A DNA stretch of 64,000 bases. It comes from an uncultured Candidatus Saccharibacteria bacterium (GTDB lineage: Bacteria; Patescibacteriota; Minisyncoccia; UBA6257; 2-01-FULL-56-20). The notes under the pieces were generated by a model that saw only the letters and a program-made list of their open reading frames with translations, did no database searches and was not told where the DNA came from. The position numbers and the translations under genes are program-made. This document shows, in pieces, positions 29,049 to 38,873 of this stretch (its first letter is position 1; every line of letters starts with the position of its first letter). The DNA lies in contig CAYHZA010000007.1 of the NCBI GenBank assembly GCA_964361095.1, positions 3,010-67,009 on the forward strand, written 5' to 3'.

Positions 29049-29342
29049 ATGACTGACGTTGCAGAAATTCAAAAAGTTATCAGGCCGCTTCTTGAGCGCA
29101 ATGATGTTGTTTTTGCGGGGGTTTTCGGTTCGTTTGCGCGCGGAGAAGCGAATGAGGCGAGTGACATCGACCTCTTGGTTCGGTTCCGAAGTCCCAAAAG
29201 CCTTCTTGAGATTGTGCGATTAGAACGCGAACTCACTGCGCTTACCGGACGGAAGGTGGAAGTGGTAACTGAAAAATTTCTCCATCCCTACATTGCGGGA
29301 TCGGTGCGTCGCGATCTCCATCCTCTCTATGGAAAAGGATAA
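29049..29342 (+). CDS. Minimal nucleotidyltransferase antitoxin (MntA-like)
   Basis: FGSFARGE..ASDIDLLV. Confidence 0.85.
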   Translation: MTDVAEIQKVIRPLLERNDVVFAGVFGSFARGEANEASDIDLLVRFRSPKSLLEIVRLERELTALTGRKVEVVTEKFLHPYIAGSVRRDLHPLYGKG

Positions 29343-29661
29343 GGTATACGTTCGGCACATACTTGATTCCATCTCTATAATAGAGGGCTTTATCGCGGGA
29401 ATAACGTACGAAAAGTTTGCGGAAAATAAGTTGCTTCAAAATGGCGTTATTCGAGAACTCGAGGTAATCGGTGAGGCATCAAAGAAGCTTTCCGACGAAT
29501 TTAAGGAGTCACTTCCGGGAATCGAATGGAAAAGCATCGCGGGAATGCGCGATAAGCTCATTCATGACTACTTTAGCGTTGATTTAGAAGCGGTGTGGAA
29601 AACCGCCACAAGCGACCTCCCGCCCCTCAAGGAGATTTTGTCTCAAAGATCTGATGGTTAG
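29329..29661 (+). CDS. HEPN/DUF86 RNase toxin (HepT-like)
   Basis: EVIGEASK, R-x4-H motif RDKLIHDY; overlaps the MNT gene. Confidence 0.88.
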   Translation: MEKDKVYVRHILDSISIIEGFIAGITYEKFAENKLLQNGVIRELEVIGEASKKLSDEFKESLPGIEWKSIAGMRDKLIHDYFSVDLEAVWKTATSDLPPLKEILSQRSDG

Positions 29662-29784
29662 TTTTTCACTTCTCTTTTGGATTGTTGCGGGGGGACAATG
29701 ATATTTCTTTGAATCCCGATACAGTGGTGAAGACGATCATGATGCTTTCGAGAAAATGAAAATGTGGACATAATATAAGTTAAC

Positions 29785-30250
29785 ATGTCTAAATCACTAG
29801 AGGATCTTAAGGGAAAAGAGCTTTTGAGATTTGAAAGCGCGAAAGAGAAGGAATCTACAAAATTTGACAATATAGTTTTTGTAGCTGCGACAGGAACTTT
29901 TGTTCTCTCAATTAACTATATAGTTGGCATCAAGACCAACTATCTGCATTACCATTCGTTTCTGGTTCTTGCGTGGATTTTTCTTCTGACGGCGATTATA
30001 GTGCACGCAGATGGGTATCGTGAATCTGTAATTTACCACCAGGACTTTATTGACAAGTTAAATAAATGGAATGCCAATCATTATCAAGCATTATCAAGAT
30101 CCTTTCCCGGCTACTGACACACATAAAATGAAGAAAATAAAAAGGATGAGTGACTGGTCTTTTTACTTACTTATACTGGGGCTACTTTTTTTAACCGCAT
30201 TTGCGGCGATTAATTTTCTCATTCAAAATAATACCAATTTTTATCAGTGA
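29785..30250 (+). pseudogene. Membrane protein gene frameshifted by a 10-nt tandem duplication
   Basis: cattatcaag x2 at 30079-30098; removing one copy extends the frame through a further TM segment to TGA 30248-30250. Confidence 0.7.
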
Positions 30251-31254
30251 TGAAACTCGCATTTTTTGAAATCGAGGGATGGGAGGAAAAAATTATCCAC
30301 GAAGCGTTTTCTGATGCGGATGTTTTCGTGACAAAAGATAAGGTAACAGCGCTCTGCTTGCCCGACACGCGAGATTTTGAGATTCTTTCGGTATTCGTGG
30401 ACTCGAGAGTTGATAAGGCGGTTTTGGATTGCTTCCCGAACCTGAAGTTCATCGCCGCGCGCTCCACCGGCTATGATCATATAGATGTCGCCGAGTGCAA
30501 GGCGCGTGGAATCTCCATTGCCTATGTGCCCGGCTATGGGGATAATACGGTTGCGGAGTTTGCCTTCGGCCTCATTCTCGCGCTTACGAGGAAAATTTAT
30601 CAGGGCATTGATCAGATAAAAGAAATAGGTTCGTTTTCACTTGCGGGGCTCCGTGGCACGGATCTTAAGGGAAAAACCATCGGCATTGTCGGTACGGGAA
30701 GGATCGGAAGGGAGATGGCGAAGATCGCGCGCGGTTTTTCGATGAAGATCGTCGGGTATGACCCGTTTCCTGATGAGAATTTTGCCCGTGAATCAGGTCT
30801 TGAATATCTAAGCTTGGAGGGTCTTCTGGGTATCGCCGATATTATTACGCTACACTGTCCCTATAATCAAAATACGCACCATTTAATACATAACGGCAAT
30901 ATTCATCTTGTAAAAAAGGGCGCGTATTTGGTGAACACCGCACGCGGCGCGATCGTGGAAACTGAAGCGATTGTCGGGGCGCTCAAAGAGGGCATTCTTG
31001 CGGGCTACGGCGCCGACGTACTCGAAGAGGAGGGGGAAACCAAAGACGAGCTTACCATTTTGGCGCTTGGCCACCCGCATGAAGAGGAGCTCAAGACCAT
31101 GCTCCGGAACCATATTTTGATGAAAATGCCCAATGTCTTGATCACGCCGCACAATGCTTTTAACTCGCAGGAAGCGCTTGAACGGATTTTGCATACGACG
31201 ATTGAGAATATCCGTGGCTTTATGGAAGGAAAACCTGTGAATCTTGTTCAATGA
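30250..31254 (+). CDS. D-2-hydroxyacid (D-lactate) dehydrogenase
   Basis: RSTGYDHID, GTGRIG, NTARG, DVLEEE, TPHNAF. Confidence 0.9.
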   Translation: MKLAFFEIEGWEEKIIHEAFSDADVFVTKDKVTALCLPDTRDFEILSVFVDSRVDKAVLDCFPNLKFIAARSTGYDHIDVAECKARGISIAYVPGYGDNTVAEFAFGLILALTRKIYQGIDQIKEIGSFSLAGLRGTDLKGKTIGIVGTGRIGREMAKIARGFSMKIVGYDPFPDENFARESGLEYLSLEGLLGIADIITLHCPYNQNTHHLIHNGNIHLVKKGAYLVNTARGAIVETEAIVGALKEGILAGYGADVLEEEGETKDELTILALGHPHEEELKTMLRNHILMKMPNVLITPHNAFNSQEALERILHTTIENIRGFMEGKPVNLVQ

Positions 31255-32462
31255 GAGTTAAGGATATTACTGTTCGAGAAATTTTCGATTCACGAAGTGG
31301 GCCGACGATTGAGGTGCGCGGCAGGAATCCATTGATTTCGGCGTCGGTGCCTTCGGGGAAAAGCAGAGGAAACCGCGAGGCAAAGGTTTTTTCGTTTCGA
31401 GAAGCTTTTCTGGGCATAAAAACGATCGTAAAAAATCTCGGTGGGAGGAATTTCCAATCGGTACGCGACTTGGACGAGGCACTTCTTCGTTTGGATGGTA
31501 CGGCGAACAAATCGAAACTTGGCGGCAACGTAACTCTTGCGGTTTCGATGTTCGGCGCGCGGATGCTTGCCGCGGAGCGTGGCAAGGAAGTGTGGCAAGT
31601 ATTGCGCGAGGAATTCTTTAAAGGCGCGAAAGACGTTCCGCCGCTTATTTTCTCGAATCTTATAAACGGAGGGGCGCACGCGGCAAATAATCTTGATATT
31701 CAGGAGTATATGGTTGTTGTTCACCCCGTTAGAACGAGCTCTAATGGGGTAAAATCCGGGAAATCGGTTGCGGAAGATATACAGGCGCTCATCCGTTTTT
31801 ATCGGGAGCTCGGAGATCTTTTTAAAAAAACGCGGAAGATACAAAATATTCCAATCGGCGATGAGGGCGGGTATTCCCTGAATTTCAAAAGCAACTTCGA
31901 ACCAATCACGGTCTTGGAAAAGCTCGTTAAAAAATTTCATCTCGAAAGCCGTTTTGGTTTGGCGCTCGACGTTGCGGCGAGCGGATTTTTAAAAAATGGA
32001 GAATATTATTTTAGCGGTAAACGGTTTTCTTCCGAACAGCTCGCCGCGGAATATCTGTGTTATTTCAAGAAGTCAAAATTTCTTTTCTCCGTTGAGGATC
32101 CCTTTGCGGAACGTGACGCGCAGGGATTCGCTCTTTTGCGGGAGAAATTGCCGGATGCGTGGGTGGTGGGAGATGATTTGACGACTACGAATCCAACAAC
32201 GATTCAAAAATACGCGCACGAGGGAGTAATAAATGCCGTGATCATTAAGCCGAATCAGATCGGAACGATAAGCGAGGCTTGTAAGGCTATTGCGGTTGCG
32301 AAAAAACATGGATTAAAGACCATTGTTTCGCACCGGTCGGGCGAAACGGAAGATTCTTTTATTACCCATCTTGCAAAAGCCGGAGGCGCGGATGGAGTAA
32401 AAATTGGCGCGCCGATCCGGGAACGGATCTCGAAATTTAACGAACTTGCGCGAATTTACTAA
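31251..32462 (+). CDS. eno: Enolase
   Basis: VPSG.S, NGGAH, QEYM, GDEGG, EDPF, GDDL, KPNQIG, SHRSGET. Confidence 0.93.
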   Translation: MRVKDITVREIFDSRSGPTIEVRGRNPLISASVPSGKSRGNREAKVFSFREAFLGIKTIVKNLGGRNFQSVRDLDEALLRLDGTANKSKLGGNVTLAVSMFGARMLAAERGKEVWQVLREEFFKGAKDVPPLIFSNLINGGAHAANNLDIQEYMVVVHPVRTSSNGVKSGKSVAEDIQALIRFYRELGDLFKKTRKIQNIPIGDEGGYSLNFKSNFEPITVLEKLVKKFHLESRFGLALDVAASGFLKNGEYYFSGKRFSSEQLAAEYLCYFKKSKFLFSVEDPFAERDAQGFALLREKLPDAWVVGDDLTTTNPTTIQKYAHEGVINAVIIKPNQIGTISEACKAIAVAKKHGLKTIVSHRSGETEDSFITHLAKAGGADGVKIGAPIRERISKFNELARIY

Positions 32463-32474
32463 ATAATTATTCCT

Positions 32475-33653
32475 ATGAAAAAAATTATACTTGGTGTAAT
32501 TATTTCGATTGTTTTTATAGTTATAGGAGGTATTTTATTACTACAGAGAAGCGTATCGCCATCACCCAAAGAAAAAATTTATGTGGCGGTCGAAGGCGAC
32601 GGGAAGATTGCGGTCATTGACGCCGCAACGCGGAAGATCATAAAAAATATTGATCTTTCTTTAGAACACGAAGGAGGAAGACTAATCTATGCGCCGCACA
32701 ATGTCCAGGTCGCGCCGGACGGGAAAAGCGTGTGGGTGACGGCAAATGTTGGGAAACATGAGGGACATTCCGCATACGTGCCCTTCCGCGCGTATGCGCA
32801 CGGCAATGAGGATACGGGGGAGATGAGAGCGGAACTTGATCAGGTAATCGTAATTGACCCAGTCAAAGATGAAATCGTAGAGCGGGTTCCTGTTACCGTA
32901 GGCAACCTTGCTCATGTCGCTCTGGATCCGAAAAGTGAGAACGCGTACGTGACCGCAGGGAAAGGCGGTTATTTCTTTAGGATCAATACAAAAACTTATA
33001 AAGCAGAGGCGGTATTTCGATTTGATGCCGAAAGCGAGCCGCACGGCTTACGTATCAATCCGGCTGGTCGCGTTGCATACATCGCGCTTCTCAAGGGAAA
33101 GGCGCTCGCAAGCCTTGATCTTTCCACGAATCAACTTCATAAATTACGGCTTAGCGGGCAGGCTGTACAGGTTGGCGTCACGCCGGATGGAAAGTTTTCT
33201 TTTGCTTCTCTCTATGATGAGAAAAAACTTGCGATATTTCCAGAGGATTTTGTATCCAGGATTAAGATTAAAACGAGTGAGCCCTTGGAAAATTTTTTAC
33301 GTTACGTTGTATTGCCAAAGAGCGCGCGGGGTCCGATTCAAATGTATCCTACGCCTGATTCAAAATTCGTTTATCTTGCCGATCAGGGATATTACTTTAA
33401 CCAGCCGGAGGGTGAGTGGGTGTATAAAATAGATCTTGAAGCGGGCAAGGTAGTTAAAGAAATTAAAGCAGGCAGAGCGCCTCACGGCGTGGTGGTATCA
33501 AAAGACGGAAGCTATGTTTACGTGACCAATCTCTTAAGCGGTGACGTATCCGTAATCGATACGGTAACCGATAGTGAAGTTGTACGTATTCCAGTCGGCA
33601 AGGAGCCAAATGGCATAAGCATCTGGAATAAAAATCTCGGCGGAACGCCGTGA
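32475..33653 (+). CDS. Membrane-anchored YVTN/YncE-type beta-propeller protein
   Basis: Repeated PHGV/PHNV blades, YVYVTN. Confidence 0.8.
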   Translation: MKKIILGVIISIVFIVIGGILLLQRSVSPSPKEKIYVAVEGDGKIAVIDAATRKIIKNIDLSLEHEGGRLIYAPHNVQVAPDGKSVWVTANVGKHEGHSAYVPFRAYAHGNEDTGEMRAELDQVIVIDPVKDEIVERVPVTVGNLAHVALDPKSENAYVTAGKGGYFFRINTKTYKAEAVFRFDAESEPHGLRINPAGRVAYIALLKGKALASLDLSTNQLHKLRLSGQAVQVGVTPDGKFSFASLYDEKKLAIFPEDFVSRIKIKTSEPLENFLRYVVLPKSARGPIQMYPTPDSKFVYLADQGYYFNQPEGEWVYKIDLEAGKVVKEIKAGRAPHGVVVSKDGSYVYVTNLLSGDVSVIDTVTDSEVVRIPVGKEPNGISIWNKNLGGTP

Positions 33654-33696
33654 AAGGTCGAAATTACAACGCTTAATGAATATGGTTACCAATAAC

Positions 33697-34170
33697 ATGG
33701 CACAGTTCGAAAAAAACACGCTTGGACTTCTCCGTATCACACTCGGTTGGCTTTTCTTTTACGCCGGTATTACGAAAGTAATCGATCCCGCGTGGTCGGC
33801 GGCGGGGTACCTTCGGGGCGCAAAAACATTTGTACCGTTCTATCAATGGCTCGCGAGCCCGAGTGTTATCCCTGTCGTGAATTTTATGAACGAATGGGGA
33901 CTTACGCTTTTGGGAATTTCCCTTATTTTGGGAATCGGTGTGCGGTTTTCGTCGGTTTTAGGCGCAATGCTTATGGTGCTCTATTACCTCGCGCTTCCGT
34001 TTCCGATGCCGAATGCTCACGCGTATATCGTAGATGAGCATATCGTTTATATTTTTGTCCTGCTGTACTTCGCGGCTCATCGCGCGGGGCGCGTGTGGGG
34101 ACTTGAAGAATGGTGCGCCAACCTTCCTTTGTACAGGAAATATCCCAATCTTCGATCGTGGTGGGGATAG
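33697..34170 (+). CDS. DoxX family membrane protein
   Basis: LRITLGWLFFYAGITK, AGRVWGL. Confidence 0.8.
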   Translation: MAQFEKNTLGLLRITLGWLFFYAGITKVIDPAWSAAGYLRGAKTFVPFYQWLASPSVIPVVNFMNEWGLTLLGISLILGIGVRFSSVLGAMLMVLYYLALPFPMPNAHAYIVDEHIVYIFVLLYFAAHRAGRVWGLEEWCANLPLYRKYPNLRSWWG

Positions 34171-34368
34171 GATTTTCTCTAGGAAATAAGGGGGCTTTAT
34201 GTTTCCTTGCAATTTTATCTTGACTGGTGTATAATGGATTCATTGTAAGTTTCTCGAGCGTTTTCCCTTGCTGATTGAATTGAGGTGTAGGGAGACCCAA
34301 ACAACGTTAGTTTAATGGGGTACAAGCGAGGAGAAGAGGTCGCCTTACAAGAATACAATTAGTAGTAA

Positions 34369-34710
34369 ATGGCTAAAAAGTTATATGTAGGCGGTTTGTC
34401 TTACAGCACGAGCCAAGAAACATTGAAAGACGCTTTCGCCAAAGCCGGAGCCGTTGAGTCCGCGACAATTATCATTGATAAAATGTCCGGTCGCTCAAAG
34501 GGTTTTGGATTTGTTGAAATGACTTCAGATGATGAAGCTTTGAAAGCGATCGATATGTGGAATGGCAAAGAGCTGGACGGCCGCACGTTAACCGTTAATG
34601 AAGCTCGCCCGATGGAGCCTCGCGCTCCTCGGAGTGGTGGTTTCAATAACCGAGGCGGTGGTGGAGGAGGTGGAGGTGGCTTCGGTGGCGGTCGACGTGA
34701 CAACTGGTAA
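34369..34710 (+). CDS. RRM RNA-binding protein with Gly-rich tail
   Basis: RNP2 LYVGGL, RNP1 KGFGFVEM. Confidence 0.93.
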   Translation: MAKKLYVGGLSYSTSQETLKDAFAKAGAVESATIIIDKMSGRSKGFGFVEMTSDDEALKAIDMWNGKELDGRTLTVNEARPMEPRAPRSGGFNNRGGGGGGGGGFGGGRRDNW

Positions 34711-34720
34711 TCCCAGTCTG

Positions 34721-34757
34721 AAAAACACCCCCCGCGCAACGGGGGGTGTTTTGTTTT
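34721..34757 (+). terminator. Intrinsic terminator
   Basis: aaaacaccccccg...cggggggtgtttt. Confidence 0.8.
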
Positions 34758-35002
34758 AGATCTGACTTGGGTACCTCGCGAATTCTTTAGGCGTGGATCT
34801 CGAAGAACATTTTCGGCACACTATGGACAAATATTATGGAAGATATAAGAATCGTTTTGAGAAAAAGTAATTTCTCGATAGGTTGACAAAGCGTGAATTC
34901 TTTGTAATAATTTAAAAAATAGACGGAACGATTCGTAGGGAGAAAAGTATGAAACCTTGAGTTTCGCAATCCCCATTCGGTGTGGGGATTTATTACATTT
35001 TT

Positions 35003-36817
35003 ATGGCATCGATTCGAAATATCGCGATTATAGCTCACGTTGACCACGGGAAAACCACTCTTGTGGATGCTTTACTTCGCCAATCAAAAACGAAATTGGG
35101 GAAAAATTTTTCCGGAAGAGATCTTATTATGGACAGCAACGAGTTGGAGCGCGAGCGTGGCATTACGATTTTTTCAAAAAATGCTTCGATTAAGTGGAAT
35201 GACGTGAAAATAAATATTATCGATACTCCCGGACATGCCGATTTCGGCGGAGAGGTGGAGCGTGTGCTTACGATGGCGGACGGTTGCCTCCTTCTCGTTG
35301 ACGCGAAAGAAGGTCCGATGCCGCAGACGCGCTTTGTATTGAAGCGGGCTCTTGAGCGGCATCATAAGATTATCGTAGTGGTGAACAAGATCGATAAACC
35401 CGATGCCCGGCCCAAGTATGTACTCGATAAGACTTTTGATCTTTTCTTGGAGCTTGGGGCTCCGGATCATCTTGCCGATTTTCCCGTAGTTTATGCTTCG
35501 GCAAAAAACGGTAAAGCAGGTCTTACGGCTGATCTTCACTCAATGACCGACATAACACCCATATTTGACGCGATCGTGGAACATGTTCCCGCGCCGACCG
35601 GTGACCCCGAAAAATCGTTACAGATGCTTGTTACAACCATTAGCGGAGATGATTTCAAGGGACGGATCGCGACGGGAAGAGTTTATAACGGAATCTTGCG
35701 GGCGGGTTCGGAAGTGGCGCACATATCAAGGACCGGCGCGATAAAAAAATATCGACTGGTATCGGTTATGACATTCGAGGGATTAGAACGTATAGATACG
35801 AAAGAGGTTTACGCGGGGGATATCGCCGCGTTTTCTGGGATTCCGGATATCACGATCGGAGAAACAATCGCCGATCCCGCCGCTCCCTTGGCGTTGCCGC
35901 TTCTTGCTATAGAAGAACCGACCGTTAAAATGAATTTTGCCGTTAATAATTCTCCTTTCGCGGGTAAAGACGGTGTTTACACGACGTCTCGGCAAATTCG
36001 CGAACGATTACACAAAGAGCTGGAATCGGACGCGGCATTACAAATAGAAGATGCCCAGAGCGGCGAGTGGATTGTATCGGGTCGTGGTGAATTACATCTC
36101 GCGATTTTTATAGAGCGATTACGGCGTGAAGGATATGAATTTCAGGTTTCTCGTCCGCAGGTTATTTTAAAGGAAGTGAACGGGAAGCGTCACGCTCCGT
36201 TTGATCAGGTTTTTATTGAAGTTCCCGAGGCATATGCCGGAGCGGTAATTCAGAAATTAGGTGGTAGACAAGGTGAATTGCGTGAGATGCAAACCGAGGG
36301 AGGCATTACGTATATGGAATTCGTGATACCGACGAGAGGACTTTTCGGATATCGCAACGAATTTCTTACCGATACGAAGGGATTGGGTATTTTACACAGT
36401 GCTTTTTTTGAATATAAAGCGGATTCGCGAGAGTGGCGTGAACGCGAACAAGGCTCGCTTATTGCCCACGAAACTGGCATCACGCGGTTGTATGGACTTT
36501 TGAATGTTCAAGATAGGGGAGTTCTTTTTGTGGGACCGGGAGTTTCCGTGTACAAGGGGCAAGTTGTCGGTCAGCATGCCCGCAATAATGATCTTACAGT
36601 CAATGTATGCAGAGAAAAAGAACTTTCAAATATGCGTTCGAAAAACGACGGTTCAGCCGATCATTTTGATACGCCAAAAACAATGGGGCTCGAAGAGGCG
36701 CTTGAGTATATTTCCGACGATGAATTAGTAGAAGTAACTCCCAAGAATGTCCGTATTCGTAAGATGGTGCTCGATAAAACCGAAAACCGAAGGAATGCGC
36801 TTGGGATTAAAAGTTAG
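35003..36817 (+). CDS. typA: Translational GTPase TypA/BipA
   Basis: AHVDHGKTT, DTPGHADFGGEVER, GRGELHL, EVTPKNVRIRK. Confidence 0.95.
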   Translation: MASIRNIAIIAHVDHGKTTLVDALLRQSKTKLGKNFSGRDLIMDSNELERERGITIFSKNASIKWNDVKINIIDTPGHADFGGEVERVLTMADGCLLLVDAKEGPMPQTRFVLKRALERHHKIIVVVNKIDKPDARPKYVLDKTFDLFLELGAPDHLADFPVVYASAKNGKAGLTADLHSMTDITPIFDAIVEHVPAPTGDPEKSLQMLVTTISGDDFKGRIATGRVYNGILRAGSEVAHISRTGAIKKYRLVSVMTFEGLERIDTKEVYAGDIAAFSGIPDITIGETIADPAAPLALPLLAIEEPTVKMNFAVNNSPFAGKDGVYTTSRQIRERLHKELESDAALQIEDAQSGEWIVSGRGELHLAIFIERLRREGYEFQVSRPQVILKEVNGKRHAPFDQVFIEVPEAYAGAVIQKLGGRQGELREMQTEGGITYMEFVIPTRGLFGYRNEFLTDTKGLGILHSAFFEYKADSREWREREQGSLIAHETGITRLYGLLNVQDRGVLFVGPGVSVYKGQVVGQHARNNDLTVNVCREKELSNMRSKNDGSADHFDTPKTMGLEEALEYISDDELVEVTPKNVRIRKMVLDKTENRRNALGIKS

Positions 36818-36908
36818 CCACTTCGTTTTGTTGCAAAATTTAGGGTCTTTGCTACTCTAAAAGTAGCAGTTTCGGTATTAACGTTTTTGGGGAACCGTGG
36901 AGGCGTGT

Positions 36909-37175
36909 ATGATTCGTTGTGCTTGCGCGCGGTCAAACAATCTGGGAGATTGTATCGAAAACGTTCGGCGAAAGTTTCCCGACGGTCAGATGTTCGTGTT
37001 CAGTCCTCGGCGTTCCGAAGAGCGGGGGCCATGTTCGGAGTGTCTCTGTAATCCCGGCAGGCGACATCACTTGGGTTGCCCAAGGGAGCGTTGTCCGCGT
37101 TGCGGAAATTTCGAATCAGGATGTCATTGTCGCAGTATGCGAGTTGATGCCCGTGAAGAGCGAGTTACCGCCTAA
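36909..37175 (+). CDS. Small Cys/His-rich putative zinc-binding protein
   Basis: GGAGG SD; CSEC.C..G..HHLGC..ERCPRCG....CHC. Confidence 0.6.
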   Translation: MIRCACARSNNLGDCIENVRRKFPDGQMFVFSPRRSEERGPCSECLCNPGRRHHLGCPRERCPRCGNFESGCHCRSMRVDAREERVTA

Positions 37176-37298
37176 CTCTTTTCGCTTTTTTAATCAAAAC
37201 AAAAGGAGCTTCGGCTCCTTTTTTGCCGGTTCTTCCGCATATTTTCGAACGGAAACCTTCTTATTATCTTTTTGGGTGCTGGGGTTTATACTTAAAGA

Positions 37299-37991
37299 AT
37301 GAAAAAAAGAAAAGTCGCCATATTCGATATTGACGGCACCATCTTCAGGTCAAGCCTTCTTATCGAGCTTGTGGATGCCTTAATCATGGAAGGAGTATTT
37401 CCGAGTAAGACCAGAAAATTTTATGTTCGGGCGCATAAGGATTGGCTTGATCGAAAAGATTCGTACGAAAAATATATCGGAGCCGTAATACGGGCTTCCG
37501 ACAGAAATATCAAAGGCGTTTCCCGTAAAGATTTCTTGCGCGTTGCGCGAAAAGTGGTCGCATTCCACAAGAACAGGGTTTACCGGTACACGAGGGATTT
37601 GATCAGGGATTTGCGGAAAAAAAAGTATTATCTTCTCGCTATCTCGCATTCGCCGAAATATATCGTTGAGGAATTTGCCAAACATCTCGGTTTTGATAAA
37701 GTATACGGGCGCCTGATGGAAATCGACGATTCGGGGCGTTTTACGGGGAAGTTTTTGCATTTGGATCTGATTAAGGACAAAGCAAAGGTGGTGCGCCGCG
37801 CCGTTCTTAAGGAAAATCTGACTCTTAAAGATTCCGTGGGCGTTGGGGATACCGAATCCGATGTTTCCTTCCTTAATCTCGTGGACCGGCCGATTTGTTT
37901 TAATCCCAATTCAATATTGTATGCGCGCGCGAAGCGCAAGGGATGGGAAGTTGTCGTTGAACGGAAAGATGTTATATATAAACTGGAGTAA
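37299..37991 (+). CDS. HAD-IB family hydrolase
   Basis: FDIDGT, GDTESD, CFNP. Confidence 0.88.
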   Translation: MKKRKVAIFDIDGTIFRSSLLIELVDALIMEGVFPSKTRKFYVRAHKDWLDRKDSYEKYIGAVIRASDRNIKGVSRKDFLRVARKVVAFHKNRVYRYTRDLIRDLRKKKYYLLAISHSPKYIVEEFAKHLGFDKVYGRLMEIDDSGRFTGKFLHLDLIKDKAKVVRRAVLKENLTLKDSVGVGDTESDVSFLNLVDRPICFNPNSILYARAKRKGWEVVVERKDVIYKLE

Positions 37992-38060
37992 TCGCGAATA
38001 TACAAATTATAATGTAATATACGAATAAAATTCGACGTGGCAATAAAGATTTGTATATTC

Positions 38061-38429
38061 ATGAATACTCCTATGATCACATTTGACGATTTTCAAAAAA
38101 TAGAACTTCGCGTGGCGAAAGTGCTTTCCGCGGAGCGCGTAGAAGGATCGGAAAAGCTTATAAAGCTTCGGGTTGATCTGGGAGAGGCAAACCTGCCTAT
38201 CGGACAGGCGGGCCTGCCTGTCGGCAGGCAGGTTGTTGCCGGTATTGGGAAGGCATACGAGCCCGAGGCGCTTGTGGGGAGACTTATTGTTGTCGTCGCG
38301 AATCTTGAGCCGCGGATGCTCTTGGGCGAGGAGAGCGAGGGGATGCTTCTTGCGGCGACGAACGAAAACGGTGAACCCGTTATTCTAACGGTAGAAAAAG
38401 ATGTTCCGCCGGGGAGTGGCATACGATAA
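38061..38429 (+). CDS. tRNA-binding OB-fold protein (MetG C-terminal/CsaA/Trbp111-like)
   Basis: ITFDDFQKIELRV, RQVVAGI, NLEPR, SEGMLLA. Confidence 0.88.
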   Translation: MNTPMITFDDFQKIELRVAKVLSAERVEGSEKLIKLRVDLGEANLPIGQAGLPVGRQVVAGIGKAYEPEALVGRLIVVVANLEPRMLLGEESEGMLLAATNENGEPVILTVEKDVPPGSGIR

Positions 38430-38454
38430 GGGCTCCAGCTTTTAGTTTTTGAGA

Positions 38455-38606
38455 ACCGCGGTTCGCTCGCTCCTGCGGCGAGCGCCCGCTTCCTCTTCGG
38501 CACTAAAATCCGCCCATGGCGGAGCCAAGCTTTTAGTGCCTCCGAGAGTCCCGACGTACTTTTTATAAAAAACGAAGTCGGGATCCCGACTTTACGTCGG
38601 GACTTC
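38455..38606. repeat. Cluster of palindromic elements
   Basis: ggcactaaaa..ccgcccatggcgg..ttttagtgcc; agtcccgacgta...gtcgggatcccgac...tacgtcgggact. Confidence 0.65.
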
Positions 38607-38873
38607 TTTCAAGAAGAAAACTTACGCTTTGTTGCTTAAGGTAGCTTGTCCAAAGGCAAGCTTTTTGATATTTCTTTAGATTTGACTTTCTGTAAAAACT
38701 ATGTTATAGTTTCTCTGTTCTTTGACAATGAATTTTTGAGGTTTTTACTCATATGAGACGAGCGTTTAGAATGCTATATTGAGCATAGCTTTTTAAACAC
38801 TCGTCTCATACCGAGACGGGACTGCGTCGCGCCAGTTGCGCGATAAATTCCTATATACCACAGGAGGTATGCG

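Noticed and set aside
34654-34692. GGT/GGA tandem repeat
   Set aside because: It encodes the usual Gly-rich tail of the RRM protein.
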